Below, in pieces: positions 21,452 to 30,684 of a DNA stretch of 64,000 nucleotides (position 1 is the first letter of the stretch; every line of letters starts with the position of its first letter). The stretch is from Candidatus Eiseniibacteriota bacterium. Its GTDB lineage: Bacteria > Eisenbacteria > RBG-16-71-46. The position numbers and the translations under genes are program-made. The stretch lies in NCBI GenBank assembly GCA_044223005.1, contig JBGAML010000019.1, forward strand, positions 1-64,000, in the 5' to 3' direction. Below the pieces are notes generated by a model. It worked only from the letters and a program-made list of their open reading frames with translations, was not told the origin of the DNA and searched no databases.

Positions 21452-21957
21452 CCGAGGACCCTCGCGATCACGGCGTGACGGTGGCGAAAGATGCGCTCGA
21501 GCAGCGGGCGCACGGCGAGTGCGTGTATGGGCTCCGAGAGCGGCGCGAACGGGAGCGCGTACTCGACGCGATCGCGGACGCGCGTGCCACCACGCTCGGG
21601 GGTGAAGGTGTGCCGGTGCACCCAGCGGGCGTACGGCCCGCGCAGCTGCACGTCGACGAACTCGCGGCCGGGAACCCAGCGTTCGATCCGGGTCCGCCAC
21701 CGCACGGGGAGGACGCCGAGCCGCAGCTGGTAGTCGATGAGCGCGCCGTCCCGCATCGCGATGGGGAGCGGCGTGAGGATCCGGAAGCCCAGGAACTCCG
21801 GCGTGATCGCCTCCAGGTTCGCCGCGTCGGCGAAGAACGCGAACGTGTCGCCGACCGGCGCGGGCACCCACTGGTCCGTCTGGAGCACGTGCGTCCCCGC
21901 GGCGGAGCGGAACGCCAGTGCGGGGGCCGGCGATTCCTGCGTGGTGACGGCGTGCAT
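21448..21957 (-). CDS. SRPBCC family protein
   Basis: FAFFADAANLEAITP, FVDVQLRGPY..W.H.H.F, GTRVRDRVEY. Confidence 0.88.
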   Translation of the reverse strand: MHAVTTQESPAPALAFRSAAGTHVLQTDQWVPAPVGDTFAFFADAANLEAITPEFLGFRILTPLPIAMRDGALIDYQLRLGVLPVRWRTRIERWVPGREFVDVQLRGPYARWVHRHTFTPERGGTRVRDRVEYALPFAPLSEPIHALAVRPLLERIFRHRHAVIARVLG

Positions 21958-22010
21958 GCGTGAACCCCCGGGGGCGAGGGGCCGGCGCCCGCGGCGCCGG
22001 CCCCGCCCGT

Positions 22011-22694
22011 TCAGTTGTTGACGATGATCTGCGCGCCGAGCGCCTGGGCGCCCGTGCCGCCGACGAATCCCTTCGCGAACACCGTATAGATGCGGCCGGC
22101 CTGCAGGGAGATGCCTGGCAGCGGCAGCACGACGGTCGAGGTGCCCGCGAGCCTCACTTCCAGGTCGTACGTGCCGGAGGCCACCGGTGTGAACGCCGAG
22201 TAGCCCTTGAACGGCGTGTTTCCGAAGAGCACGGGGCCGTTCTTGACCGCGACGTCGACCGCCGGGGCGTTGGGCGAGAGGTGCACGAAGCGCACGTGCG
22301 CCATGCCCGAGGCGGGCGCAGCGAGGTTGTCGGTGAGCACGACCAGTCCGAGCTTCGCCACCGAATCGCACGCGAACACGCTGTACGTCGCTCCCGGTGC
22401 AGTCGGCAGGCTGGCGGTCAGCACCGTCGTCGACGTGCCCGCGAGGTTGAGCTTCACGGATCGCACGCCGCTCGGGACGCCGAGGTAGGGCGTGTTGTTC
22501 GGGAATGCGAGACCGCTCCCGGCGACGGCGCCGTCCACGATCAGGTCGACGGCAGGGGCATCCGGGGACGCGTGGATCGCCATCACGCGGGCCGGGATCG
22601 CGGGCGGGTTGGTGACGCTCTTGCGGCAGCCCGTCACGGCGGTGACGGCGAGGAGCGTGAGCAGGGCGTACGAGGCGACGCGGAAGAGGCGCAT
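22011..22694 (-). CDS. DUF4397 lipoprotein
   Basis: Lipobox VTGC; two repeats HASPDAPAVD and HLSPNAPAVD. Confidence 0.88.
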   Translation of the reverse strand: MRLFRVASYALLTLLAVTAVTGCRKSVTNPPAIPARVMAIHASPDAPAVDLIVDGAVAGSGLAFPNNTPYLGVPSGVRSVKLNLAGTSTTVLTASLPTAPGATYSVFACDSVAKLGLVVLTDNLAAPASGMAHVRFVHLSPNAPAVDVAVKNGPVLFGNTPFKGYSAFTPVASGTYDLEVRLAGTSTVVLPLPGISLQAGRIYTVFAKGFVGGTGAQALGAQIIVNN

Positions 22695-22814
22695 GGGAGT
22701 CTCTCCTTCTCGGTTCCGGCCGCGTGTGGATACGCGCGCCGACGGCAGGTGGGGTGCGCCGGATCATCCGACGCTGGCCCTCGGATGGGCGCGCAGGGAA
22801 GGAGGTGCAGTAAT

Positions 22815-22842
22815 TGAATAGCTAGTGAATAGGTTTTGCAAT
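22815..22842 (-). promoter_or_regulatory. Putative promoter/operator with 11-bp-periodic direct repeats
   Basis: AT-rich island. Plus-strand TGAATAG at 22815 and 22826 and TGCAAT at 22837. Minus-strand TTGCAA resembles a -35 box. Lies upstream of the DUF4397-SRPBCC-Gpx operon. Confidence 0.5.
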
Positions 22843-22892
22843 CACCGAACCCGCGGGGATCCCGGGCGGGCGGGTCGTGAAGGCGCCGCGCG

Positions 22893-24143
22893 TCAGGCGT
22901 CGGCTTCGGCGGCGATCGTGTCCTCGACGCGCTGGGGCCAGCGCGCGGGCCACCAGCGGCGAACGGCCGCGAGGAAGCCGAGGAAGAGCACCAGGCCCGC
23001 CATGCCGACGGCGGCCTCGGTGAACAGCATGCCGGCCGCGCCCCAGCGTTCGTGCGCGCCGCCGTCGATCGTCGTCATGTACAGGATGGGCAGGTTCGAG
23101 AGCGAGGCGAACAGGCTGAACTTGGTCGCGGCAGCGCCGGCACCCATCGCTTCGAGCACGAACGCGGTGAAGCCGGCGTAGGTGAGACCGGTGACGAACG
23201 CGTAGACCGACGTCCAGACGACGTACATGCGCTCGTCGTGGGGCGCGACCGCCATGCCGATCGCGCACAGCGCCTGGAGCACGCCGTACGCCGCGTAGGC
23301 GGCCTTGCGGTTCATGCGATCGCAGATCCAGCCGCCGGCGAGCGAGCCCACGGCCATGATGACTCCGCCGAGGACGCCCGTGACGAGCGCCACGGCGTCG
23401 GCGGACGCCTTCCAGTCGCCCGCGACGGCGGACCAGAGGCCCGAGGCGGCGCCCGAGCCGATCGGCATGAAGCAGAGCACGAGCGCGACGAAGCCCATGC
23501 GCGCGCGCGCGAGGTTCCAGACGTCGCGGCCCACGAACGCGATGCCCTTGAGCACGCCGTGGCGGTGCTCGATGTGCGGATCCTTCACCCAGATCAGTGG
23601 AATCGCGCACAGCAGGCAGAGTACGGCAAGGATCGCGGCCGACATCCACGGCGCCGGCAGGCGCTGCGCGAGCAGCAGGCCGATGCCGCCGCCGATGCCG
23701 CCACCGCCGAGGTTGCCCGCCTGGAACCAGCCGCCGGCGCGGCCCTTCTGGTCCTCGGGGACGTCGTACGCCATGAGCGACTGCGTGGCCATGCCGAGCA
23801 CCGAGCAGGCGACGTTGGCCACGATCGTGATCGTGGTGAGCAGCGGCAGGCTCGCCGCCGTCATCGGCAGCGCGCCGGTCGCGAAGACGCCGAGCGCGGT
23901 GACGACCGCGCTGATCATGTACCAGGTCTTGGGCGTCAGCGTGGTGTCGGCGACGGGCGCCCAGAGAAACTTCCAGACGTTCGGCGCGAGGCTCGCCGCG
24001 ATGAGCCCGGCGATGGGGCCCACGCCGACGTGGTTCTTCGCGAGCAGGAAGGCCACCGCGACGGTCAGGTAACCGCTCAGCACCCCGAACGGCGTGATGA
24101 GGAACATGAACACGGACGGGTGCGGCGGACGGTGGTCGGCCAT
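22893..24143 (-). CDS. MFS transporter (AmpG-like)
   Basis: 12 TM helices, WKFLWAPVAD, AATKFSLFASLSN. Confidence 0.85.
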   Translation of the reverse strand: MADHRPPHPSVFMFLITPFGVLSGYLTVAVAFLLAKNHVGVGPIAGLIAASLAPNVWKFLWAPVADTTLTPKTWYMISAVVTALGVFATGALPMTAASLPLLTTITIVANVACSVLGMATQSLMAYDVPEDQKGRAGGWFQAGNLGGGGIGGGIGLLLAQRLPAPWMSAAILAVLCLLCAIPLIWVKDPHIEHRHGVLKGIAFVGRDVWNLARARMGFVALVLCFMPIGSGAASGLWSAVAGDWKASADAVALVTGVLGGVIMAVGSLAGGWICDRMNRKAAYAAYGVLQALCAIGMAVAPHDERMYVVWTSVYAFVTGLTYAGFTAFVLEAMGAGAAATKFSLFASLSNLPILYMTTIDGGAHERWGAAGMLFTEAAVGMAGLVLFLGFLAAVRRWWPARWPQRVEDTIAAEADA

Positions 24144-24254
24144 GAGCGCGCGAGCCTAGCAGAAGTACGGGCCCGGGTTGAGACGTTCGCTCGCCGATGT
24201 CACGATGCGCCGCCGCCGCGGCCGCACACCATCCCACCGAGGCGCCCCGACTCC

Positions 24255-25514
24255 ATGCCCGATTCCCCGACGGCGCCGTTCGCCGCGCTCCGCCACCGCA
24301 ACTTCCGCCTGCTCTGGTCCGGCCAGCTGGTGTCGATGGCCGGCTCGATGATGCAGAGCGCCGCGATCCTCTGGCACGTGTCGCTGCTGGTGCCGGCGGA
24401 GCGGCGCGGCGTGGCGCTCGGGCTCGTCGGCCTCGTGCGCGTCGTGCCGATCGTGGCGTTCTCACTCGTGGCGGGCGTCGTGGCCGACGCGCACGATCGC
24501 CGCCGTACGATGCTGGTCACGCAGGCGGGCATGGCGCTCTGCGCGGGCGCGCTCGCGGCGCTGTCGTTCGGCCACCTGGCGTCGCCCTGGCCGGTCTACC
24601 TGCTCGCGGCCGCGGGCGCGGGGTTCGGCGCGTTCGACGGGCCCGCGCGGCAGTCGCTGATCCCGAACCTGGTGCCGCGCGAGGACCTCCCGAACGCGAT
24701 CAGCCTCAACACGATCATGTTCCAGACCGCGTCCGTGATCGGGCCCGCGCTCGGCGGCCTCGTGATCGGCGTCTGGGGCGTCGCGTGGGCCTACGCGTTC
24801 AACGCCGTGTCGTTCTTCTGCGTCATCGTCGCGCTGCTGCTCATGCGTGACGTACCCGAACGCGCGCCGGGGGCCGGATCGGACGTCTCGCTGGGCGCGG
24901 CGCGCGAGGGCCTCGCGTTCGTCTTCCGCACGCCGCTCATCCGCTCGACGATGCTGCTCGACTTCTTCGCCACGTTCTTCGCGTCCGCGACCGCGCTGCT
25001 GCCGATCTTCGCGCAGGACGTCCTGCACGTGGGCGCGCACGGTTACGGTGTGCTGTCGGCCGCACCGTCGATCGGCGCGATCGCCGCGAGCCTCTACATG
25101 GTGCGTCATGCGGACCGGATCCAGCGCCGCGGCGCCGTGCTGCTCTGGGCCGTCGCGGCCTACGGGCTCGCGACGGTCGCGTTCGGCGTGTCGAACGCGT
25201 TCGCGCTCACGTTCCTCTGCCTGGCGCTCACGGGCGCCGCCGACACGGTGAGCATGGTGATCCGCAATCTCGTGCGCCAGCTCGCGACACCCGATCACCT
25301 GCGCGGGCGCATGACGAGCGTCAACATGGTGTTCTTCATGGGCGGCCCGCAGCTCGGCGAGATGGAAGCCGGCCTCGTCGCCAGTCTCTGGGGCGCACCG
25401 CTCTCGGTCGTCACCGGCGGCATCGGCTGCCTGCTCGCCGTGGCGTGGGTGGCCGCGAGCACTCCCGAATTGCGCCGCTACCGGCGCGACACGCCGGTCG
25501 TCCCGGGCGATTGA
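24255..25514 (+). CDS. MFS transporter (EntS/DHA3-like)
   Basis: ALRHRNFRLLWSGQ, GVVADAHDRR, FDGPARQSL, TPDHLRGRM. Confidence 0.88.
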   Translation: MPDSPTAPFAALRHRNFRLLWSGQLVSMAGSMMQSAAILWHVSLLVPAERRGVALGLVGLVRVVPIVAFSLVAGVVADAHDRRRTMLVTQAGMALCAGALAALSFGHLASPWPVYLLAAAGAGFGAFDGPARQSLIPNLVPREDLPNAISLNTIMFQTASVIGPALGGLVIGVWGVAWAYAFNAVSFFCVIVALLLMRDVPERAPGAGSDVSLGAAREGLAFVFRTPLIRSTMLLDFFATFFASATALLPIFAQDVLHVGAHGYGVLSAAPSIGAIAASLYMVRHADRIQRRGAVLLWAVAAYGLATVAFGVSNAFALTFLCLALTGAADTVSMVIRNLVRQLATPDHLRGRMTSVNMVFFMGGPQLGEMEAGLVASLWGAPLSVVTGGIGCLLAVAWVAASTPELRRYRRDTPVVPGD

Positions 25515-25610
25515 GGGGGCATCGAGCCGGGTGCTACGGTCGCGCACACGCGGCGCCGCCGATCGCCGGCCGCGCATCGCCCCGTGCGTCCCACGTCCCG
25601 GAGTCCCGCG

Positions 25611-26594
25611 ATGGCTCATCCCGTGAAGGATCCGCTCACCTGGCTCTACCCGGCGATCGAGCCGTACCGCACCGGGCGGCTGCGTGTCTCCGAAGTGCAC
25701 GAGCTGCATTTCGAGGAGTGCGGACGGCCGGACGGGAAGCCGGTCGTGTTCGTGCACGGCGGCCCCGGCGGCGGCACGAATCCGTCGCAGCGGCGGTTCT
25801 TCCATCCCGATCGCCACCGGATCGTGCTCGTCGACCAGCGCGGCTGTGGCCGCAGCACGCCGCATGCGTCGCTCGACGCCAACACGACGTGGGACCTCGT
25901 CGCCGACCTCGAACGCCTGCGCGAGCACCTCGGGATCGAACGCTGGCAGGTGTTCGGCGGCAGCTGGGGCTCGACGCTGGCGCTGGCGTACGCGCAGAAG
26001 CACCCCGACCGCGTCACGGAGCTGGTGCTGCGCGGCATCTTCCTGCTGCGGCGGTGCGAGATCGAGTGGTTCTACCAGTCCGGCGCCTCGATCCTGTTCC
26101 CGGATGCCTGGGAAGCCTATCGCGATCACATCCCGGCCGCGGAGCGCGGCGATCTGGTCGCCGCCTACCACCGCCGGCTGACGCACGACGATCCGCGCGT
26201 GCGCCTCGAGGCGGCCCGTCGCTGGAGCGGGTGGGAGGGCGCGACGAGCAAGCTGCTCCCGGATGCCGAGTTCATCGGCCACATGGAGGAGGACGCCGTC
26301 GCGCTGGCGATGGCGCGGATCGAGTGCCACTACTTCGTGCATCGCGGCTGGTTCGAGACGGACGACCAGCTGCTGCGCGACGTGCCTCGCATTCGCCACA
26401 TTCCCGCGACGATCGTGCAGGGCCGCTACGACGTCGTGTGCCCGATCGACAGCGCATGGGCGTTGCACCGCGCGTGGCCGGAGGCCGACTTCGTCGTCTC
26501 GCCCGACGCGGGGCACAGCGCCTTCGAGCCCGCGAACTCGCGTGCGCTCGTGGCGGCCACCGACCGCTACGCGGGCGTGCTCCGCACCCTATGA
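25611..26594 (+). CDS. pip: Proline iminopeptidase
   Basis: HGGPGGG, DQRGCGRS, GGSWGSTL, QGRYDVVCP, AGHSAFE. Confidence 0.95.
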   Translation: MAHPVKDPLTWLYPAIEPYRTGRLRVSEVHELHFEECGRPDGKPVVFVHGGPGGGTNPSQRRFFHPDRHRIVLVDQRGCGRSTPHASLDANTTWDLVADLERLREHLGIERWQVFGGSWGSTLALAYAQKHPDRVTELVLRGIFLLRRCEIEWFYQSGASILFPDAWEAYRDHIPAAERGDLVAAYHRRLTHDDPRVRLEAARRWSGWEGATSKLLPDAEFIGHMEEDAVALAMARIECHYFVHRGWFETDDQLLRDVPRIRHIPATIVQGRYDVVCPIDSAWALHRAWPEADFVVSPDAGHSAFEPANSRALVAATDRYAGVLRTL

Positions 26595-26611
26595 GAAGAG
26601 TGGCGCGCGGA

Positions 26612-26641
26612 CGCGGCGCGGGGCATTTGCCCCGCGCCGCG
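26612..26641 (+). terminator. GC-rich hairpin after pip
   Basis: CGCGGCGCGGGGCA-tt-TGCCCCGCGCCGCG. Confidence 0.6.
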
Positions 26642-26763
26642 CGCATCTGGGGGGAATTCCCCGCGGCGTCAGGGAGTCGTGCGGCCCCTGGGTCTCCGTG
26701 CCCTTTGCGCACAAGGCGATGGGCGACACGCCCTTGAGACGATCCCGCGGGTGAGCGCGCGAG

Positions 26764-26779
26764 TGGCACGGCCGCTGCA
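26764..26779 (+). promoter_or_regulatory. Sigma54 (-24/-12) promoter of the pilin gene
   Basis: TGGCACGGCCGCTGCA (GG-N10-GC), about 60 bp upstream of the pilin start. Confidence 0.65.
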
Positions 26780-26837
26780 TTACTGGAAAGCGAGCAAGTT
26801 GCACCGCCGTCTTTTCACCCTTCCCCGGAGGTCCCTC

Positions 26838-27269
26838 GTGAACACTCGCCACGCGCACGGCTTCACGCTGATCGAGCTGATGATCGTCGTCGTCGTCATC
26901 GGCGTCCTCGCGGCGATCGCGATCCCGAACTTCGTGGCGGCGCAGGACCGGGCGAAGGAAGGCAGCATCAAGTCCAACATGCACACGTTCCAGCTGGCCG
27001 CCGAGGACTACGCCGTCGCCAACAGCGGTGACTTCGGTTCGGCGACCGACGTGGCCGAGAACCTTCCCGCCGACTTCCGCAATCCCTACGACGGCTCGAG
27101 CGGGGACGGCAACGCGTTCATGACCGCGCCCACCTGGTCGACGCCGCTCGAAACCGGTTCCACGACCCCGGGCGTGATCGCGTACGCCGACTCGGCCGGG
27201 ATCGTCTACCAGATCGCGGGCCGCGGGAAGCAGGGCGACCTCGCGCTCGTGCTCGACAGCGGACTCTGA
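26838..27269 (+). CDS. Type IV pilin-like protein (prepilin N-terminal cleavage/methylation)
   Basis: G|FTLIELMIVVVVIGVLAAIAIPNF; GTG start after GGAGG. Confidence 0.9.
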   Translation: MNTRHAHGFTLIELMIVVVVIGVLAAIAIPNFVAAQDRAKEGSIKSNMHTFQLAAEDYAVANSGDFGSATDVAENLPADFRNPYDGSSGDGNAFMTAPTWSTPLETGSTTPGVIAYADSAGIVYQIAGRGKQGDLALVLDSGL

Positions 27270-27838
27270 TCTCCGGGACGCAAGACCACGGGCCCCGCTC
27301 GCGATCGCGAGCGGGAGACGTTGCGGTAGCCGTAGCTGTAGAGCGCGATGAACGTCGAGAGGTTGAGCGACGCCGTGGGGAGCTTGGACGGGAACGGGCC
27401 CTCGGCGTTGCGGAAGTTGTTGTTGCAGTAGATGAGGATGCGCGTCGACTTGTCGGGAATCGCGCGCGCCAGCGTCGCCACCGCGATGTCCGGGAACGCG
27501 AGGTGCAGTGCGCCCTTCACGTGCAGCTCGGCGTACTTCTCGTCGCCGCGTGCATCGAGCACGACCGTGCCGGGCTCGCGGCTCATGCGGACGAACTCCG
27601 CCTCGCTCACGCGGTGCGATTCCCGCCAGCGGGCGGCGTCTCCCGCCACGCGCAGGTAGCCCGGCATGTCGATCGCCGGGTTGAGCGGGACCCGTTCGTT
27701 CGTGGCCCCCGGAGTCTCGGCGACGAGCGCCGAGTCGGATTCGGCGGACACTTCGCCCTGCGATGTCCCCGCGCGAGCGACGCGCGGCACGACGAGGACC
27801 AGCGAGAAGAGCACGAGGACGGCCAGGTTCGTTCGCAT
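27206..27838 (-). CDS. Secreted rhodanese-like protein; C-terminus possibly disrupted
   Basis: Signal peptide, VLDAR, HVKGALHL, ILIYCNNN. After YGYRNV the frame reads through a palindrome and into the pilin gene. Confidence 0.75.
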   Translation of the reverse strand: MRTNLAVLVLFSLVLVVPRVARAGTSQGEVSAESDSALVAETPGATNERVPLNPAIDMPGYLRVAGDAARWRESHRVSEAEFVRMSREPGTVVLDARGDEKYAELHVKGALHLAFPDIAVATLARAIPDKSTRILIYCNNNFRNAEGPFPSKLPTASLNLSTFIALYSYGYRNVSRSRSRAGPVVLRPGDQSPLSSTSARSPCFPRPAIW

Positions 27839-27941
27839 CGAGCCTCCAGGGAGCGGGGGTGTGCCCGTGATTCTCCCGCACGGCGCACCTCCGTGCGTCA
27901 GGAAGTCGTCCGCTCGCCGGCCGCCGGAGCCGGCGCGGGGG

Positions 27942-29714
27942 TCAGGCCGCGTGCAGGGCCGGAGCGTCATCCTCGGCCGCGAGCGGGAGTTCGACCACGA
28001 ATCCGGTCGCGCGCCGCGGCTGGGGCACGATGCGCAGCGTGGCGCCGTGCGCGTCCAGCACCTCGCGGGCCACGGCGACGCCGAGACCGAGCGTGTCGGG
28101 GTGCACGTGCACGACGTCCCCGAGTTCGAGCGGCTCCGCGCCCTCGCGGATCACGACGCGCAGGCGATCGTCCGCGACCGTGCTTTCCACGACGACCGTC
28201 GAGCCCGCCGTGGCGCCGCGCAGGGTCTGCTCCACGAGCTGGGCGAGCGCCTTGGGGAGCCGCATCTCGTCGGCGGGGAGCGACGTGTCGCCGACGTCCC
28301 CAAGCGTCTCGAGCTTCACGTCCTCGCGCGCCCGGCGCGCGATCACCTCGCCGGTGACGAGTTCGAGCAGCTTGCGGGCCGGCGTCCACGCGCGCTCCAG
28401 CAGGTGCCGTTCGCCCTGGATCTGGCTCGTGTGCGTGGCGTCGTCGGCGACGCGCGTCAGGCGTCCCAGCGCCTCGCGCATGCCGTCGAGCGCGCGCTTC
28501 TGGTCCGCGCTCACCGCGCCGAACTGTCCCTCGGCGAGCAGGTCGCGCAGGCTGACGAGGCTGCTGATCGGCGAGCGCAGTTCCTGCGAGGCGATGCGGA
28601 TGAAGTCGCTCTTGAGTCGCGCGGCGCGCTCGAGCCCTTCGACGTAGCCGGCCTCGCGCTTGCGCATCACGTTGAAGCGGGTCGCGAGGTAGCCGAGTTC
28701 GTCGCGCCGGCGCACGTCCAGCGGATGGTCGTAGTCGCCGGCCTCCATCGCCTTCGCGGCCTGGACGAGCGCGCGCAGCGGGCGCAGCAACTGGTCGCTG
28801 AAGAGCCAGCCCATGAGGATCGCAGCCAGCACGGCGACCGCGGAGAGCGCGACGAGGTCGGACTGCATGTGGCCCTGGAAGACGGCCTCGGGGTCGAACG
28901 CGCGCTGCAGCACGTAGAACTGCTGGGCCTCGGGCGGCGCGCCGGGCATGCGACGGACGATCGTCAGCTGCGTTCCGGACGGCCCGTCGACATGCAGCAC
29001 GGGCAGCGTGCGCAGGTCCGCGGCGGGGGAGCGGTCGATCTTCGCGAGCGTGGTCATGAGCGCGGTGCGGTCGACGGGATCGCCGAGCGTCGTGCCGGTG
29101 ACGTGCATCCCGGAGAGGAACGTGACGTCGCAACGCATCTCCGAGCGCAGCTGCCGCGCCAGCACGTTGCCGATCCGTGCGCCCAGCATCAACGCGCCCA
29201 CGATGCGGCCGTCGGCCCGCACCGGGACCACGGCCACCTGGTCGTGACCGCCGGACTCGACGAGGACGCCGGTGACGACGCGGCCGTGCAGCGCCGGGGC
29301 GACGAGCGTGTCGCGCGTTCCGGCGAGCGAGCGGGCCTCGCCGACCGACGCGAGGAGCCGGCCGTTGCGGTCGAACACCTCGAACAGGTCGGCCTCGGTG
29401 ATGCGGTTGAAGTCGTCCGCCATGCTGCGGACGGTCGCCTGGAAGCGCGAGTCGCGCTGGGCGCCCGAGAGCATGAGCAGCGAGAAGAAGCGCGGATCGC
29501 GCGCGATCACCTGCGCGCCGCCGTCGAGCACGCGCGACCGCGTCGCGAGCATGCCCTCGAACACCGACTCCGAGTGCGTGAGGCTCTCGTGGATGCTCGT
29601 CGAATCCACGTGCGCACGCACGCGGTGCTGCACGGTCACGTAGGTGACGACGCCCAGCAGCAGCGGCGCCATCACCGTCACGAGCAGGACGCGTCCCCGC
29701 AGGCCGAAGCGCAT
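27942..29714 (-). CDS. HAMP-domain sensor histidine-kinase-like protein with degenerate H-box/HATPase
   Basis: 2 TM helices, periplasmic sensor, HAMP (RRDELGYLA..FN.M), SQELRSP in place of SHELRTP, weak ATPase boxes. Confidence 0.8.
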   Translation of the reverse strand: MRFGLRGRVLLVTVMAPLLLGVVTYVTVQHRVRAHVDSTSIHESLTHSESVFEGMLATRSRVLDGGAQVIARDPRFFSLLMLSGAQRDSRFQATVRSMADDFNRITEADLFEVFDRNGRLLASVGEARSLAGTRDTLVAPALHGRVVTGVLVESGGHDQVAVVPVRADGRIVGALMLGARIGNVLARQLRSEMRCDVTFLSGMHVTGTTLGDPVDRTALMTTLAKIDRSPAADLRTLPVLHVDGPSGTQLTIVRRMPGAPPEAQQFYVLQRAFDPEAVFQGHMQSDLVALSAVAVLAAILMGWLFSDQLLRPLRALVQAAKAMEAGDYDHPLDVRRRDELGYLATRFNVMRKREAGYVEGLERAARLKSDFIRIASQELRSPISSLVSLRDLLAEGQFGAVSADQKRALDGMREALGRLTRVADDATHTSQIQGERHLLERAWTPARKLLELVTGEVIARRAREDVKLETLGDVGDTSLPADEMRLPKALAQLVEQTLRGATAGSTVVVESTVADDRLRVVIREGAEPLELGDVVHVHPDTLGLGVAVAREVLDAHGATLRIVPQPRRATGFVVELPLAAEDDAPALHAA

Positions 29715-29717
29715 GGC

Positions 29718-30371
29718 TCAGTAGACCAGGTCGAGCGTGGCGTCGCCCTTCTTCGGGACGGCCACGACGCGCTTGAGTTCGCCGTGCTCGGGGCTCCACG
29801 CGTGCAGCGTGTAGCGGCCCTCGGGCAGCTTCGGCAGTTCGAAGTGCCCGGTCGAATCGGGCCGGACCACGGCGTGGTTCGGCACCACCACGACGAACGC
29901 GGTCTCCTGCGGATGGATGTCGCAATGCACGTTGACGATGCCCGTGCGCGTGAACGCGACCGTGTCCGCGGACCCTGGCGCGTGCTTGCCGACGTCGAAG
30001 CGGCGCGCAGGCGAGACGCTGAAGGCATTGTGGTAGACGCGGTCGATGTTCACGAACGCGACGGACTGGCCGGCGACCGCAGCCAGCACGCGCGGACGGA
30101 AGCGTTCGTTCGCCTGCACCATGCGCAGCGGGCGCGGGGGAGGTGCCGGCTTGTGGAAGAAGAGGAAGCCGTGGGCGCCGGCGAGCTTCTGCTCGACCTT
30201 GTCCGGGATCGCTTCGAGCCACACGACCGTCTCGCCCACGCCCGGCTGCTTCTTCGCGGCGGCGGCCGCGACGGACCAGGCGCGCGAGAGCGCGACGTGG
30301 CCACGAATGACCCCGGCGGACGCGCTCCGCGCGAGGACGACGATCGCCATCATGGCGAGGAACCGGGACAT
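29718..30371 (-). CDS. Secreted cupredoxin-like / carboxypeptidase-regulatory-like protein
   Basis: Signal peptide, F.PRVLA, HNAFS, HCDIHP, G.F.L..LPEG.Y.L.AW. Confidence 0.75.
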   Translation of the reverse strand: MSRFLAMMAIVVLARSASAGVIRGHVALSRAWSVAAAAAKKQPGVGETVVWLEAIPDKVEQKLAGAHGFLFFHKPAPPPRPLRMVQANERFRPRVLAAVAGQSVAFVNIDRVYHNAFSVSPARRFDVGKHAPGSADTVAFTRTGIVNVHCDIHPQETAFVVVVPNHAVVRPDSTGHFELPKLPEGRYTLHAWSPEHGELKRVVAVPKKGDATLDLVY

Positions 30372-30605
30372 GGGGCGCTCCAGGGGACCGGATGGACGAG
30401 CCGCTGCGATCGGGCTCGGGTCCTGCGCGTTATCGGCGTCGCGGGGCCGGTTCTGCACGTGAGTGGGGCCGCATCGCGTGGGATGAAACGTCGCCGAAAA
30501 TCCCCGGGACATCGGCGTTTGCGGCAACGAGATGCGTTCGGGGCACCATCCGGTGGCCATCCGCGAGTGCCCGGCAGCCCAGCGCCACTGCGACCATTGG
30601 CCCAA

Positions 30606-30633
30606 TAGACATGTATACAATCACGTATAACAT
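30606..30633 (+). promoter_or_regulatory. Sigma70-like promoter with overlapping palindromic GntR-type operator
   Basis: TAGACA-N16-TAACAT, with the palindrome TGTATACA (30612-30619) in the spacer; AT-rich island upstream of fdrA. Confidence 0.65.
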
Positions 30634-30684
30634 CGGCTAAGCGAATGTCCCATAGCGGCTTGCCTAGTCCGATGGAGGCGGCAC

